From NCBI GenBank assembly GCA_037441385.1, contig JBBISH010000011.1, positions 22,830-86,829 on the forward strand: 64,000 bases of DNA, given 5' to 3'. This DNA is from Myxococcales bacterium. Lineage in GTDB: Bacteria; Myxococcota_A; UBA9042. The translations under genes were made by a program, and so were the position numbers. Shown one piece after another: positions 55,701 to 64,000 of the stretch; the stretch's first letter is position 1, and every line of letters starts with the position of its first letter. Under the pieces are notes generated by a model. That model did not search any database, had not been told where the DNA came from, and saw nothing but the letters and a program-made list of their open reading frames with translations.

Positions 55701-58451
55701 CTATGGCTGCACCGCAAACACGGGGATGCTGGCAAACTCGCCCAACTGGTTGGCCGTGGCGCCTTTGTGCTCGGGAAGGTAAGCGTTCGAGAAGACGCCG
55801 CCGCTGGCGTTGCCCAGAGCCACCTGGATCCGCAACTGCGCACCGCCTGCAGGAATCCCGTTGGGATAGAGGGTCTTGAGCGGAATCACGGCCTCTAGCC
55901 CCACGCCCGCCGTCGCGGCGACGTCGCCGACGAGCCAGCCCAAGTCGCCGGCATTGGCCAAGCTGCGCCAGCCGGCGCCGGTGGACTTGCTCAGATCCAG
56001 GCCCGTGAAGGACTGCATCCCCAACGACGCAAAGGCGAAATCCAGGCCGATCCCGGTGTCCGCCACGGTCAGGACGCTGGACACAGCGTCGTCGACCAAG
56101 CCGGCGTTGTCGCTCAGCGCGGACGGCGACTTGGCACCGGTACCCGACGCGTAGTCCACGTCCAGGTACGCGACGATCGCGTTGGTGCTCTCGCACTGAC
56201 CGGCGATGCCCACGTACAGGTTGGCGGCGTCGTAGGCCACCCACAAGGTCTTGAGTTCGTTCTTGCCAGCGCCCCAGTCCGTGGCCACGTCGTTGGTGCC
56301 CACTTTGAGCGCGCCGTCAAAGCTCTTGGCCGGGTCGCCTTGCAGCTTGGGCGTGGCGATCGGCGCGATCGTCAAGGCGTCGGTCAGCAAAAGGGCCGAC
56401 TTTCCGGGCGGCGTCACGGCCACCGTCACCTGGCCCAGCGGCAGCGCCGGCACCTTGACCTGTAGGCCACCCGACACCGCCGTCACGCTGACGGCCGAGG
56501 CAGACGCGCCGGTTTTGGGCACGAACTCGACGGTGCTGCCCGCCGCCAAATTGGTGCCCTGGATGGTGAGCGTGGAACCGCCCAATACGCTGGCAAAGGC
56601 CGGGCTCAAGCCCGACACGCTGGCGGGCAAGTCGGCCGGGTCCACGGCGGTGACCACCAGGGTGGCGCTGTAGAGGGTGGTGGCCTTGTAGACGACCTTG
56701 GCCGCGGCCAGCCAATTGCCCTTGGCCAGCGCGGGCATCTGCGAGGTCCACTGCTCGTCGCCCACCTTGCCTTCGCCGTCGTATTGCGCCGCTGTCCACG
56801 TCCACTGGCCGCCGTCCTTGTCCGGGTCGGTGCCGGTGGCGCCCGTACCCAGCATCACCGCCAAGTCCGGCGTGACCCCTGGCGCCGCAGTAACCGTGCC
56901 GATGGCCACCAGGGCGCTGAGGTCCCACTGCTGACCCGCCGCGACGGTGCTCGACGTCCCCAGCGGAACCAAGGTCGCGGTGGGTGCGGCGGGCGCCTGA
57001 TAGCTGAACGCATCCTTCAGCATACCCGACTGGCCATTGGCGTTTTTCACGGTGACGTCGACCAGACCGGCCGCGTGGGCCGGCGCCTTGCAAGTCAAGG
57101 TGTTTCCGCCAAATTCAACCATGATATCGGTCGCGTCGACACCACCGAACTGCACCATTGCCGTCGGCGCAAAGTGCGCGCCCGTGACCGTCACCGCTGT
57201 GCCGCCGGCCGTGTCGCCTTTGCTGGGGTCCACGGCGGTTACGGTGACCGGCGCGGGCTCGCAGGCGCCGCTGACGCATTGCTCCCACAGCTTGCACTCG
57301 GGGTTGCAGGTGGTGGGGGCTTTGTCCTTGCACACGCCGGCTTCGCAGGTCTGCTTGTCGGTGCAGGGCGGGTTGCACTCGACCGTGCCGCCCTTGGGGG
57401 TGGGCACCACGATGGCGGTGTTGTCTACCTTGCCCTTGCTGTCCTTGCTCAGAATGACGGGCACCGACTCCCACGCGCCGCCTTCGCCGGTGTTCGTCCA
57501 GGCGGCCACGCCGTCAGTCAACGCGGTGGTGGGCGGGGACTTGTATTCGGCGCCCGCATCGGGAGTCTGGTCACCCTTGGTCGCCACAAAGATGAACTGC
57601 ACCTGCTCGCCAACGCTCAGGCCGCCGTCGTGCTTGCCCAAGTTGAGCTTGTGCACGTAGGTGGCAATGCCGTCACCCGACTTGTCGTCGCCCTTCTGGC
57701 CGTCGTCCAGCAATTGGATCGGCGTCCACATGTTCATGGTGCCCTTGATGTACAGGGCGTAGTCTTTGCCCGCCCAGGCCGTGCAGCACGCGTGTAGCTT
57801 GCTGGTGTCGATCGTCACCTTCATGTCCAAGTCGCCGTGCTTGGGCAGCTTCATGCCGGGCACCGCCACCACGCCCGACTGGCCCTTCTTCAGCGGAAGC
57901 AAGCCGTTCTTCCCCACCCACATCCAGTTGCCCAGCTCGTTCAGCGCGCCGTACTCCAGCGTCACATCGGCGGACGTTGCGAACTTGACCTGGGTGGTAA
58001 AGATGTGGTCGCCTTTGACCGCGCCCTCGCGCTCGTGACCGCCGGCCGAGATCGGCCCGTCGTCATACAGCGGCGGGTACGGACCGTCCGTGGGCAGCCA
58101 ACTGGTGGCATAGACGATGGTATTGGTCTTCTCGTCCCACGAGAACGAGCCCGTCCACACGATCTCGCCATCGCCAAAGCTCTGGTTGGCGCTGTCGTCC
58201 ACGTCAAAGGTCAGCGTGACGACTGCGCCGCCGGTCGAGGTGCTGTCGGTCTTGCCGCCGTCGCCGGTCGCCGTGTCGGTCTTGGTCGAGTCCCCAAAGA
58301 GCTGAGTATCGGCGGTTTCGCTCGTGTCGCCGGTCAAGTTCGTGCCGGTGTTGGTGTTTTGCGGGGACGGCGAGCACGCCCCCAGGCCCAACGCGACCCA
58401 AGCCGCCAAGACCATTGGCCAACGCCCAACGCCGATTCCAATGCGTACCAT
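55701..58451 (-). CDS. Large surface lipoprotein: choice-of-anchor-X-like domains, two IPT/TIG domains and a C-terminal sugar-binding-like (DOMON/CBM9) domain
   Basis: Lipobox LGAC; 'LYDDG...GDHIF', 'LLDDG..GD..GDGI'; 'P..G...GG..VTVTG..F'; 'YDAANLYVGI', 'LEAVIPL..L'. Confidence 0.7.
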   Translation of the reverse strand: MVRIGIGVGRWPMVLAAWVALGLGACSPSPQNTNTGTNLTGDTSETADTQLFGDSTKTDTATGDGGKTDSTSTGGAVVTLTFDVDDSANQSFGDGEIVWTGSFSWDEKTNTIVYATSWLPTDGPYPPLYDDGPISAGGHEREGAVKGDHIFTTQVKFATSADVTLEYGALNELGNWMWVGKNGLLPLKKGQSGVVAVPGMKLPKHGDLDMKVTIDTSKLHACCTAWAGKDYALYIKGTMNMWTPIQLLDDGQKGDDKSGDGIATYVHKLNLGKHDGGLSVGEQVQFIFVATKGDQTPDAGAEYKSPPTTALTDGVAAWTNTGEGGAWESVPVILSKDSKGKVDNTAIVVPTPKGGTVECNPPCTDKQTCEAGVCKDKAPTTCNPECKLWEQCVSGACEPAPVTVTAVDPSKGDTAGGTAVTVTGAHFAPTAMVQFGGVDATDIMVEFGGNTLTCKAPAHAAGLVDVTVKNANGQSGMLKDAFSYQAPAAPTATLVPLGTSSTVAAGQQWDLSALVAIGTVTAAPGVTPDLAVMLGTGATGTDPDKDGGQWTWTAAQYDGEGKVGDEQWTSQMPALAKGNWLAAAKVVYKATTLYSATLVVTAVDPADLPASVSGLSPAFASVLGGSTLTIQGTNLAAGSTVEFVPKTGASASAVSVTAVSGGLQVKVPALPLGQVTVAVTPPGKSALLLTDALTIAPIATPKLQGDPAKSFDGALKVGTNDVATDWGAGKNELKTLWVAYDAANLYVGIAGQCESTNAIVAYLDVDYASGTGAKSPSALSDNAGLVDDAVSSVLTVADTGIGLDFAFASLGMQSFTGLDLSKSTGAGWRSLANAGDLGWLVGDVAATAGVGLEAVIPLKTLYPNGIPAGGAQLRIQVALGNASGGVFSNAYLPEHKGATANQLGEFASIPVFAVQP

Positions 58452-58598
58452 GCTGCCTCCTGCTGAGGCTGCCGGGTAGCTGCGAGTCGCCGGGTCCGAA
58501 GGCATCGGCGAGGCGGCTCGAGTCCCAGCGCCTCTGCGTTCTCTGCGCCTGCGCGCGGCGGCGTTGCGACGGCCGAAGGGCCCGCTGCCGGCCTGGCG

Positions 58599-61274
58599 CT
58601 ACTTGACGGTGACTTCGTCCAAAAGGATGACGGTGTCGAAGATCGAGTCGCCCTTGTCGGTGGCGAAGAACTGCAGTTCCACCTTCTTCTTCGAGCCCGC
58701 CAGCGGCGACACATCTTGGCAGGTCTTCTGCCACGGCGTCATCCACACGCCGCCCTGGTCAAAGCCGACGTCGGCCTGGCTCAAGCCCTTGTAGTCCTTG
58801 CCGCACTGACACGACGGCGAACCCCACTCGCAGGGCGCCTTGCCGCCGCAGTCGGGATCGCACAGCGAGTCGATGTACACGTTGACCATCGTGTTCTTGC
58901 CCAGTTCTGAGGTCAGGGTCGCCATGAACGTGTCCATGAACGACGACCCGCAGTATTCCTTGAACTCCTCGCTGTAGAACTTCCAGTAGAAGCACAGCTG
59001 ATTCTGCGCATCGTCGACGCAGAAGGGCTGCGACAGCGAGCCGTTCTGGGTGGTAAAGCCCAGGCCAGTCGAGATGATGCCCATGTACTTGCCGGCCACA
59101 GGAATGGTCACGCCCAGGCGCGAGATCACGCGGCCGTCGCCGACCGGCTTCCAGCCCGTCAGGTTGCCCGAGTCCCACGACGGGTTGATGAGCGCAGAAT
59201 TGTTCACGTTCGACTCGTCGATACCGAGCATGCGCAGCTTGCCGCCGTACACCGGGTCCACATCGGCCGTGGGCAGCGACGACGCCGAGCTCGCGCCTGC
59301 ATTGATCAAGTTGTCGAAGAACTTGCCGCCCTTCTCCGCCGCGTACTGGGCACTGACGTAGTCCGAGAAGCCAATCACCGTCGCCGCACCCAGCGACCGC
59401 AGTTCCAGGGCCAACGTGCCGTTGAAGAGCGAGCGGCAGGCACCCAAGTACACGATACTCTGGGCAAAGTTGTCGCGGATGTGGAAGCGCAGCAGTTCGG
59501 GCGTCAAGCCGTAGGTGGTATCGCCGATGATGGCGCGGCCGCGCATGACGTCGGCCTGAGTGTGGTCCACGCAGATGCCGCCCGAGATCGAGGTCTTGAT
59601 GCAGGTCTCGCCGTTCGGGCAGCCGGTGCCGGCCTGGTTGCAGCTCGCCGTCGAGGTCGACAGCGCCGAGCAATTGACCTCTTCGCCCGACCAGATCACT
59701 TCTTGCGCGCCGTGGTGCTCCCAGCCCAAGTCCTTGTAGGCCTGGGGATCCATGCCGCCAAAAAGCGCGTCGCCATGACCCGAGATCGCCACCAGGCCGT
59801 AGCTCGACATCGAGCGGTAGAAGTGCAGGTACGCATTGGAGCCGGTGGCCTGGTCGACCGCAAACGGCGGGCACTGCTTGCTTTTCAAGTTGGTACCAGC
59901 GGTGTCGGCCTCGTCGCCGCCCGTCTTGGAAAACTCGGTCAAGTTCGGCGCCAGCGACAGGGCCCGGCGCGCCCCCACGGCGTTGTTGCCCGCAAGCGCC
60001 CCGGCGTCGATCGGCCCGCCGGCACTCCGCGCACCAGCAGGCGCCAGGCTCAGGGCGCCCAACTGGCCGGATTTGTAGCGGATCCACACGCCATAGCCGT
60101 CGTCTTCGGCAACGCCGGCCTCGGCCACCGTGGCGTCGGCCTTGAGCATGTTGACCACCTCGACCTGGGCGCCCTTGGGCGTCTGGCCACCGGAAACTGC
60201 GCTCAAGAACTGGTCTTTTGCCTTCTTCTGCAGGCTGACGATCGCGTTGCAGGTGCCCTTGTCAAAGCGCTGCACCACGTCGACCACGGCCAGCGGGGAA
60301 TAGGCGGTGTACTGCTGCACGCCCACATCGACCTGGGCCTTGACGCGGAAATAGCGGCGCTTGGCCGAGGCCGACTGTGCCGACACACACTCGGAGAATA
60401 CGGCGTCTTTCTGCACATCGTCGCAGTCGCTGCCCGAGCCGCTGTCTTTGAGCTGCGCGGTCACGCCGCCGCCCAGCGCCTGACCCAATTCGTCCGTTTC
60501 GATCAGCGTGATGGTAGCCGGGTCGATGATGGGCTTGGCGCCGGCCGCCGCCACGGCGCCTGGGGCCGTAAAGCGTACTACGACGTTGCTGGTCTCGTTG
60601 ACGAACAACACGTTGGGAGTGATTTCGGGTGGTCCGTCAAATTGGAAGACCGGGTTGTAGACGATGTGGAGCGTGTCCGAGACCGTGGCGGTGCCCTTGG
60701 TGGCCGTGACGGTGTAGTGGTTGTCGCCGGGCTTCAGCGTCAACACGGCTGATTTCCAGTACTCACCGGGCGTGATCTTGCCGGTGCCGCCGTTGGCGTC
60801 CGCCCAGGTGATCGAATCCGGGCTGCCGAACGCGGCGCCCGTAAGCTGAATGGAGGCGCCGCCGCTCTGGCCCCAGTCGCGGCCGGTGGGGCCCAAGATC
60901 TTGACCAGCAAGCTCTTGAACATCTGCGTGTTGCCCGAGGTATCGCCGCTGTCCTTGCCGGTCGTATCGGTCTTGCCGGCGTCCGCGTCTTGGACGATCA
61001 CACCGTCGGTAGCGGCTGTCGTGTCTTGCAGGTCGGTCGAGTCGCCGCCCAGCGTGTCGGGCGAAAGAATGTCCCCGCCGCCAATGGTATCGACCCCTTG
61101 GCCGTCCCCCTTGGCGTCGCCGAGTTGGCCAGAGTCGGTGATCGTGTCGGGTTTGTCGGCGGGCGTGGTCGCAGGGCTGCTACAGGCCATCACCGCGAGC
61201 GTGGTCGCTGCCACGACCCCGGCGGCCGCATGCCGCCGAAAACCTGCAAAACGCAGTAGAGTTGCTGTGCTCAC
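58599..61274 (-). CDS. Large lipoprotein with a caspase/CHAT-like His-Cys domain and a choice-of-anchor-L-like C-terminus
   Basis: GTG 61274 with a GGGGG RBS; lipobox-like VMAC; 'ISGHG', 'VYLGACRS', 'LGAATVIGF'; 'FYSEEF.EY.GS.F.DTF', 'D.GD..FDT.ILLD'. Confidence 0.6.
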   Translation of the reverse strand: MSTATLLRFAGFRRHAAAGVVAATTLAVMACSSPATTPADKPDTITDSGQLGDAKGDGQGVDTIGGGDILSPDTLGGDSTDLQDTTAATDGVIVQDADAGKTDTTGKDSGDTSGNTQMFKSLLVKILGPTGRDWGQSGGASIQLTGAAFGSPDSITWADANGGTGKITPGEYWKSAVLTLKPGDNHYTVTATKGTATVSDTLHIVYNPVFQFDGPPEITPNVLFVNETSNVVVRFTAPGAVAAAGAKPIIDPATITLIETDELGQALGGGVTAQLKDSGSGSDCDDVQKDAVFSECVSAQSASAKRRYFRVKAQVDVGVQQYTAYSPLAVVDVVQRFDKGTCNAIVSLQKKAKDQFLSAVSGGQTPKGAQVEVVNMLKADATVAEAGVAEDDGYGVWIRYKSGQLGALSLAPAGARSAGGPIDAGALAGNNAVGARRALSLAPNLTEFSKTGGDEADTAGTNLKSKQCPPFAVDQATGSNAYLHFYRSMSSYGLVAISGHGDALFGGMDPQAYKDLGWEHHGAQEVIWSGEEVNCSALSTSTASCNQAGTGCPNGETCIKTSISGGICVDHTQADVMRGRAIIGDTTYGLTPELLRFHIRDNFAQSIVYLGACRSLFNGTLALELRSLGAATVIGFSDYVSAQYAAEKGGKFFDNLINAGASSASSLPTADVDPVYGGKLRMLGIDESNVNNSALINPSWDSGNLTGWKPVGDGRVISRLGVTIPVAGKYMGIISTGLGFTTQNGSLSQPFCVDDAQNQLCFYWKFYSEEFKEYCGSSFMDTFMATLTSELGKNTMVNVYIDSLCDPDCGGKAPCEWGSPSCQCGKDYKGLSQADVGFDQGGVWMTPWQKTCQDVSPLAGSKKKVELQFFATDKGDSIFDTVILLDEVTVK

Positions 61275-61389
61275 CAACTGCCCCCTTTTGGCACCTGTGA
61301 CTGCCGCCGCCAGCGTGACCCATGGCACGCGCCGTGGCCAATGGACAAGGGTACCGTTGTCAGGGCCATGCCGCAAGGCGGCCAGCATG

Positions 61390-61534
61390 CCCAATTCCGC
61401 CAGCGAAATAGGCCCCGGCCGTCGATTTGGCATGCGAGTCGAGGCGCAAGGAACGAGGCAACTGAGGCGACCTAGAGGTTGCCGCAAGAAGAGTAGTGAC
61501 GCAGCAACGCCGAGTTGCGCCCAATGCGGCAGAT
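61390..61534 (+). repeat. Dispersed 145-bp palindromic intergenic repeat, copy 2
   Basis: About 88% identical to 27223-27367, same orientation. Confidence 0.9.
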
Positions 61535-61642
61535 GGGGATGTGCAGGAGTGCCTGGCCGACACTGGCCTTTCGCCACGGCAAGCGGCACGATCGGACAGA
61601 GAGAGGTGGGGCCGCGGCGCGGTCCGGCCTTGCGCAGGTGCA

Positions 61643-62749
61643 ATGTTGGCGAAACCCGACGATCCCGTATCCCTTGCGTTGTCTCCGGCCGGTGCCGAAG
61701 CTCGCCGCCGTGCCTGCTCGCCGGGCCAACCCGTCCGCGTGGGCCTGCTGCTCAATCCGCGGGCCGGCCGCTCCAAGTCCGCGCGCCAGCGTCACCGCCT
61801 GCAATCGCTGCTGGGCATCGACGACGCGTGGGACGAGACCTGGGATCTCGCCTCGGTTCGGCGCGCCTTGAGCCGCTTGCTTTGTCGGCGCGGCGCCAAT
61901 GTGCTGGCGATCGCGGGCGGCGACGGCACGGTGCACCACACCGTCAATGCACTGGTGGATCTGACGCGCGAGGCCGAACTGGCCACCGGCACCGAGGTCC
62001 CCCTGCCGCGCCTGCTGATCCTGAATGGCGGGACCCTGAACATCGTGGGCCGCACCTGTGCCATCCACGGCCCGCCGCACGAGATTCTAGAGAAATTTCT
62101 GCGCTACTTCTCTGGCGCGCCCTTGTCCAGGGTCCCGGCGCGACGGTTGCCGCTGCTGAACGTGGCTTGGCAGGGGCCACAGGGCCCCGTGCTACCGCGC
62201 CTGGGATTCGTGTTCGGCTCCGAGGTCGCCTATCACGCGATCGCGCTGTACGAGCGTTTTGGCGCCGGCTACCACGGCCTGGCGCGCTTCCTGTTCGAGC
62301 TGAGCCGCGGCGCCACCGTGGGCAGCGAGTTGTGGCGGCGCGAGGGCTGGAAGGTGGGTCCGTACGAGTCGCAACTTCAGGTCGATGACCAGACTTGGCC
62401 GCGCTATACCGGGGTGGCCGCCGCAACGGTCGATCTGACCCTGGCGATTGGCGCCGCGCGGGCCATTCGCCGCAGCTTGTACCAACCTGGATTCTCCGTC
62501 CGCGTCATCGAGGCCGTGCAACCGGCCGCCGTGGTCCGGCTGATCCCGGCGATGATGAGCGACCGCCCGGTCGCCGGGATGCGCGATCTGCCCAGCTGCA
62601 AGCTCCTCAACCTGCAAGGGCCCTACACGCTGGATGGCGAGCTTTTTGACGAGCCACCCAACGCGGAGCAACGCCTGCCCCTGCAGGTGACCTTGAGCGA
62701 GGTGCGGCTGCACGCGGTGCCCGGCGAATGGACCGCCGACGAATGGTAG
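61643..62749 (+). CDS. Diacylglycerol/lipid kinase family protein
   Basis: 'NPRAG', 'GGDGT', 'GGTLN', 'DGE'; start uncertain. Confidence 0.85.
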   Translation: MLAKPDDPVSLALSPAGAEARRRACSPGQPVRVGLLLNPRAGRSKSARQRHRLQSLLGIDDAWDETWDLASVRRALSRLLCRRGANVLAIAGGDGTVHHTVNALVDLTREAELATGTEVPLPRLLILNGGTLNIVGRTCAIHGPPHEILEKFLRYFSGAPLSRVPARRLPLLNVAWQGPQGPVLPRLGFVFGSEVAYHAIALYERFGAGYHGLARFLFELSRGATVGSELWRREGWKVGPYESQLQVDDQTWPRYTGVAAATVDLTLAIGAARAIRRSLYQPGFSVRVIEAVQPAAVVRLIPAMMSDRPVAGMRDLPSCKLLNLQGPYTLDGELFDEPPNAEQRLPLQVTLSEVRLHAVPGEWTADEW

Positions 62750-62804
62750 ATCCCGCCAACCCTTCGCGCGTCAACAGGTTGGAATCCCTCGTGTTGCGGG
62801 ATCC

Positions 62805-62833
62805 TTGTCGCCCTTGCTGCCGCGTGCTACGAT
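62805..62833 (+). promoter_or_regulatory. Putative sigma70-type promoter
   Basis: TTGTCG-N17-TACGAT with an extended TG; about 290 bp upstream of the FHA gene. Confidence 0.45.
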
Positions 62834-63126
62834 CGAAAGACGCGGTGTTCGCCGTTTCAGTTTGAGTACGTTTCGCGTTTCGTTGTTTGGCCCGAGTGTT
62901 TGCCAGCTGACCCCAGGGAGACAGATCCGCACAGCGGAAAAGGTGTTCGCAGAACAATAGGTTGCCCGCAAAGCGGCCGAGGCCGCCCCCAGGGTGGCCA
63001 CGAGTAGACATCCTGCTGCCGCATCGTTCGCTGGTTGCGGCGACGCCAGGCACCCACGCCGACGCGCTGCCCGCCCCCAAGCGGCCCACAAAGCGGTCAC
63101 CGCAATCAAGGAGCCCGGCCCTGCCC

Positions 63127-64000
63127 ATGCTCAAGCTGTCGATTCAAGACTTTGAAGGCCGCACCACCTACGTCTCGCTGAAAGACGGCGAATACAGCAT
63201 CGGCCGTGACGAGGCCAATGCGATTTGTCTGTCGGACCGCAATGTTTCGCGTCAACACGCGCGGTTGCAGTCCAAGGGTGGGCACGTTTGGCTGGAAAAC
63301 GTCCACGCCACCTATGGTACGCGCCTGAACAACCTGCTGATCCGCGAGCGCACCGAGGTGCAGCCCGGCGATGTGGTTGAAGTTGGCGACTACAAACTTG
63401 AATTGGTCGGCGAAGAAAAGCGCGATACCGCCCTGCGCGACGAAAGCTCGGGCGGCATGGCCGTGCCCGCGGCGCCGCCGCAGCCCGCCAGTGGCGGCGG
63501 TACGCTGAAGTCCAAGACCCCCGAAGGTGCAACCGCCATCGTGAATTTGGCCGACATCTCGGCGATGTTGACCAAGGAGCCGGCGGCGCCCGCCCAGGCG
63601 ATCCCAGACGGCCAGCAGCCGCGAATGGTGGTCGAGAGCGAGAACCTGCGTGGCTTGGAGTTGCGCATCACCAAGACGCCGATCATCGTCGGCCGCGTGC
63701 GCGAATCCTCTGACCTGGTGATCGATCACCGGTCGATCTCGAAGGAACACGCCCGCCTTACGCGGCTCACCGATGGCACGTGGCAGGTGCTGGACCTGGG
63801 TTCGGCCAACGGGATCAAGGTCAACGGCGAGCCCTACAGCAAATCGGAGCTGCGCTCGGGCGATCGCCTGGAACTGGGACACGTGACGCTGCGATTCCTG
63901 GCGGCGGGAGCCAAGGCCCCCGCGGCCGGCGGCGCGAGTTCGGGCCCCAGCAAGGGGACCTGGGTCATGATCGGCGGCCTGGTCGCCGTGCTGGCAATCG
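63127..64000 (+). CDS. Double-FHA-domain membrane protein (runs off the window end; not in the ORF track)
   Basis: Own translation: 'IGR...D.NVSRQHA', then 'VGR...DHRSISKEHA...DLGSANG', then a hydrophobic TM start; AAGGAG RBS. Confidence 0.9.
   Translation, partial: MLKLSIQDFEGRTTYVSLKDGEYSIGRDEANAICLSDRNVSRQHARLQSKGGHVWLENVHATYGTRLNNLLIRERTEVQPGDVVEVGDYKLELVGEEKRDTALRDESSGGMAVPAAPPQPASGGGTLKSKTPEGATAIVNLADISAMLTKEPAAPAQAIPDGQQPRMVVESENLRGLELRITKTPIIVGRVRESSDLVIDHRSISKEHARLTRLTDGTWQVLDLGSANGIKVNGEPYSKSELRSGDRLELGHVTLRFLAAGAKAPAAGGASSGPSKGTWVMIGGLVAVLAI

Noticed and set aside
61288..61305. TGGCAC-containing sigma54-like motif
   Set aside because: GG-to-GC spacing is 11 rather than the required 10

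Overview
High-GC chromosomal segment. The gene content (many large Asp/Gly/Thr-linker lipoproteins, Cys-rich repeat proteins, an FHA protein, a Ser/Thr kinase-like protein, an ECF/FecR pair and multiheme cytochromes) suggests a Myxococcota/deltaproteobacterial genome; this is inference. There are about 42 CDS, including glpD, rimO, lnt, ligA, a DEAD-box helicase, a deoxynucleoside kinase and a trpG/pabA-like gene, plus tRNA-Leu(CAG) and tRNA-Arg(CCT). I found no mobile element or CRISPR array. The main accessory system is a porin-cytochrome operon (14882-23363) preceded by a sigma54-type promoter, with 48 heme motifs counted by eye: a 26-heme lipoprotein built from 180-bp diheme repeats, a beta-barrel, a 13-heme cytochrome and a stalked 9-heme cytochrome. 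Other notable items: a translationally coupled cohesin-lipoprotein/dockerin-M1-peptidase pair; a lipoprotein protein-arginine deiminase; an Lnt with a large propeller-like insert; an orphan class II aldolase with a microcompartment encapsulation-peptide-like tail; a split DUF2169 protein with repeated Thr motifs; a candidate sigma54-driven structured RNA; and two copies of a 145-bp palindromic intergenic repeat. All family calls come from motif recognition by eye; no searches were run.
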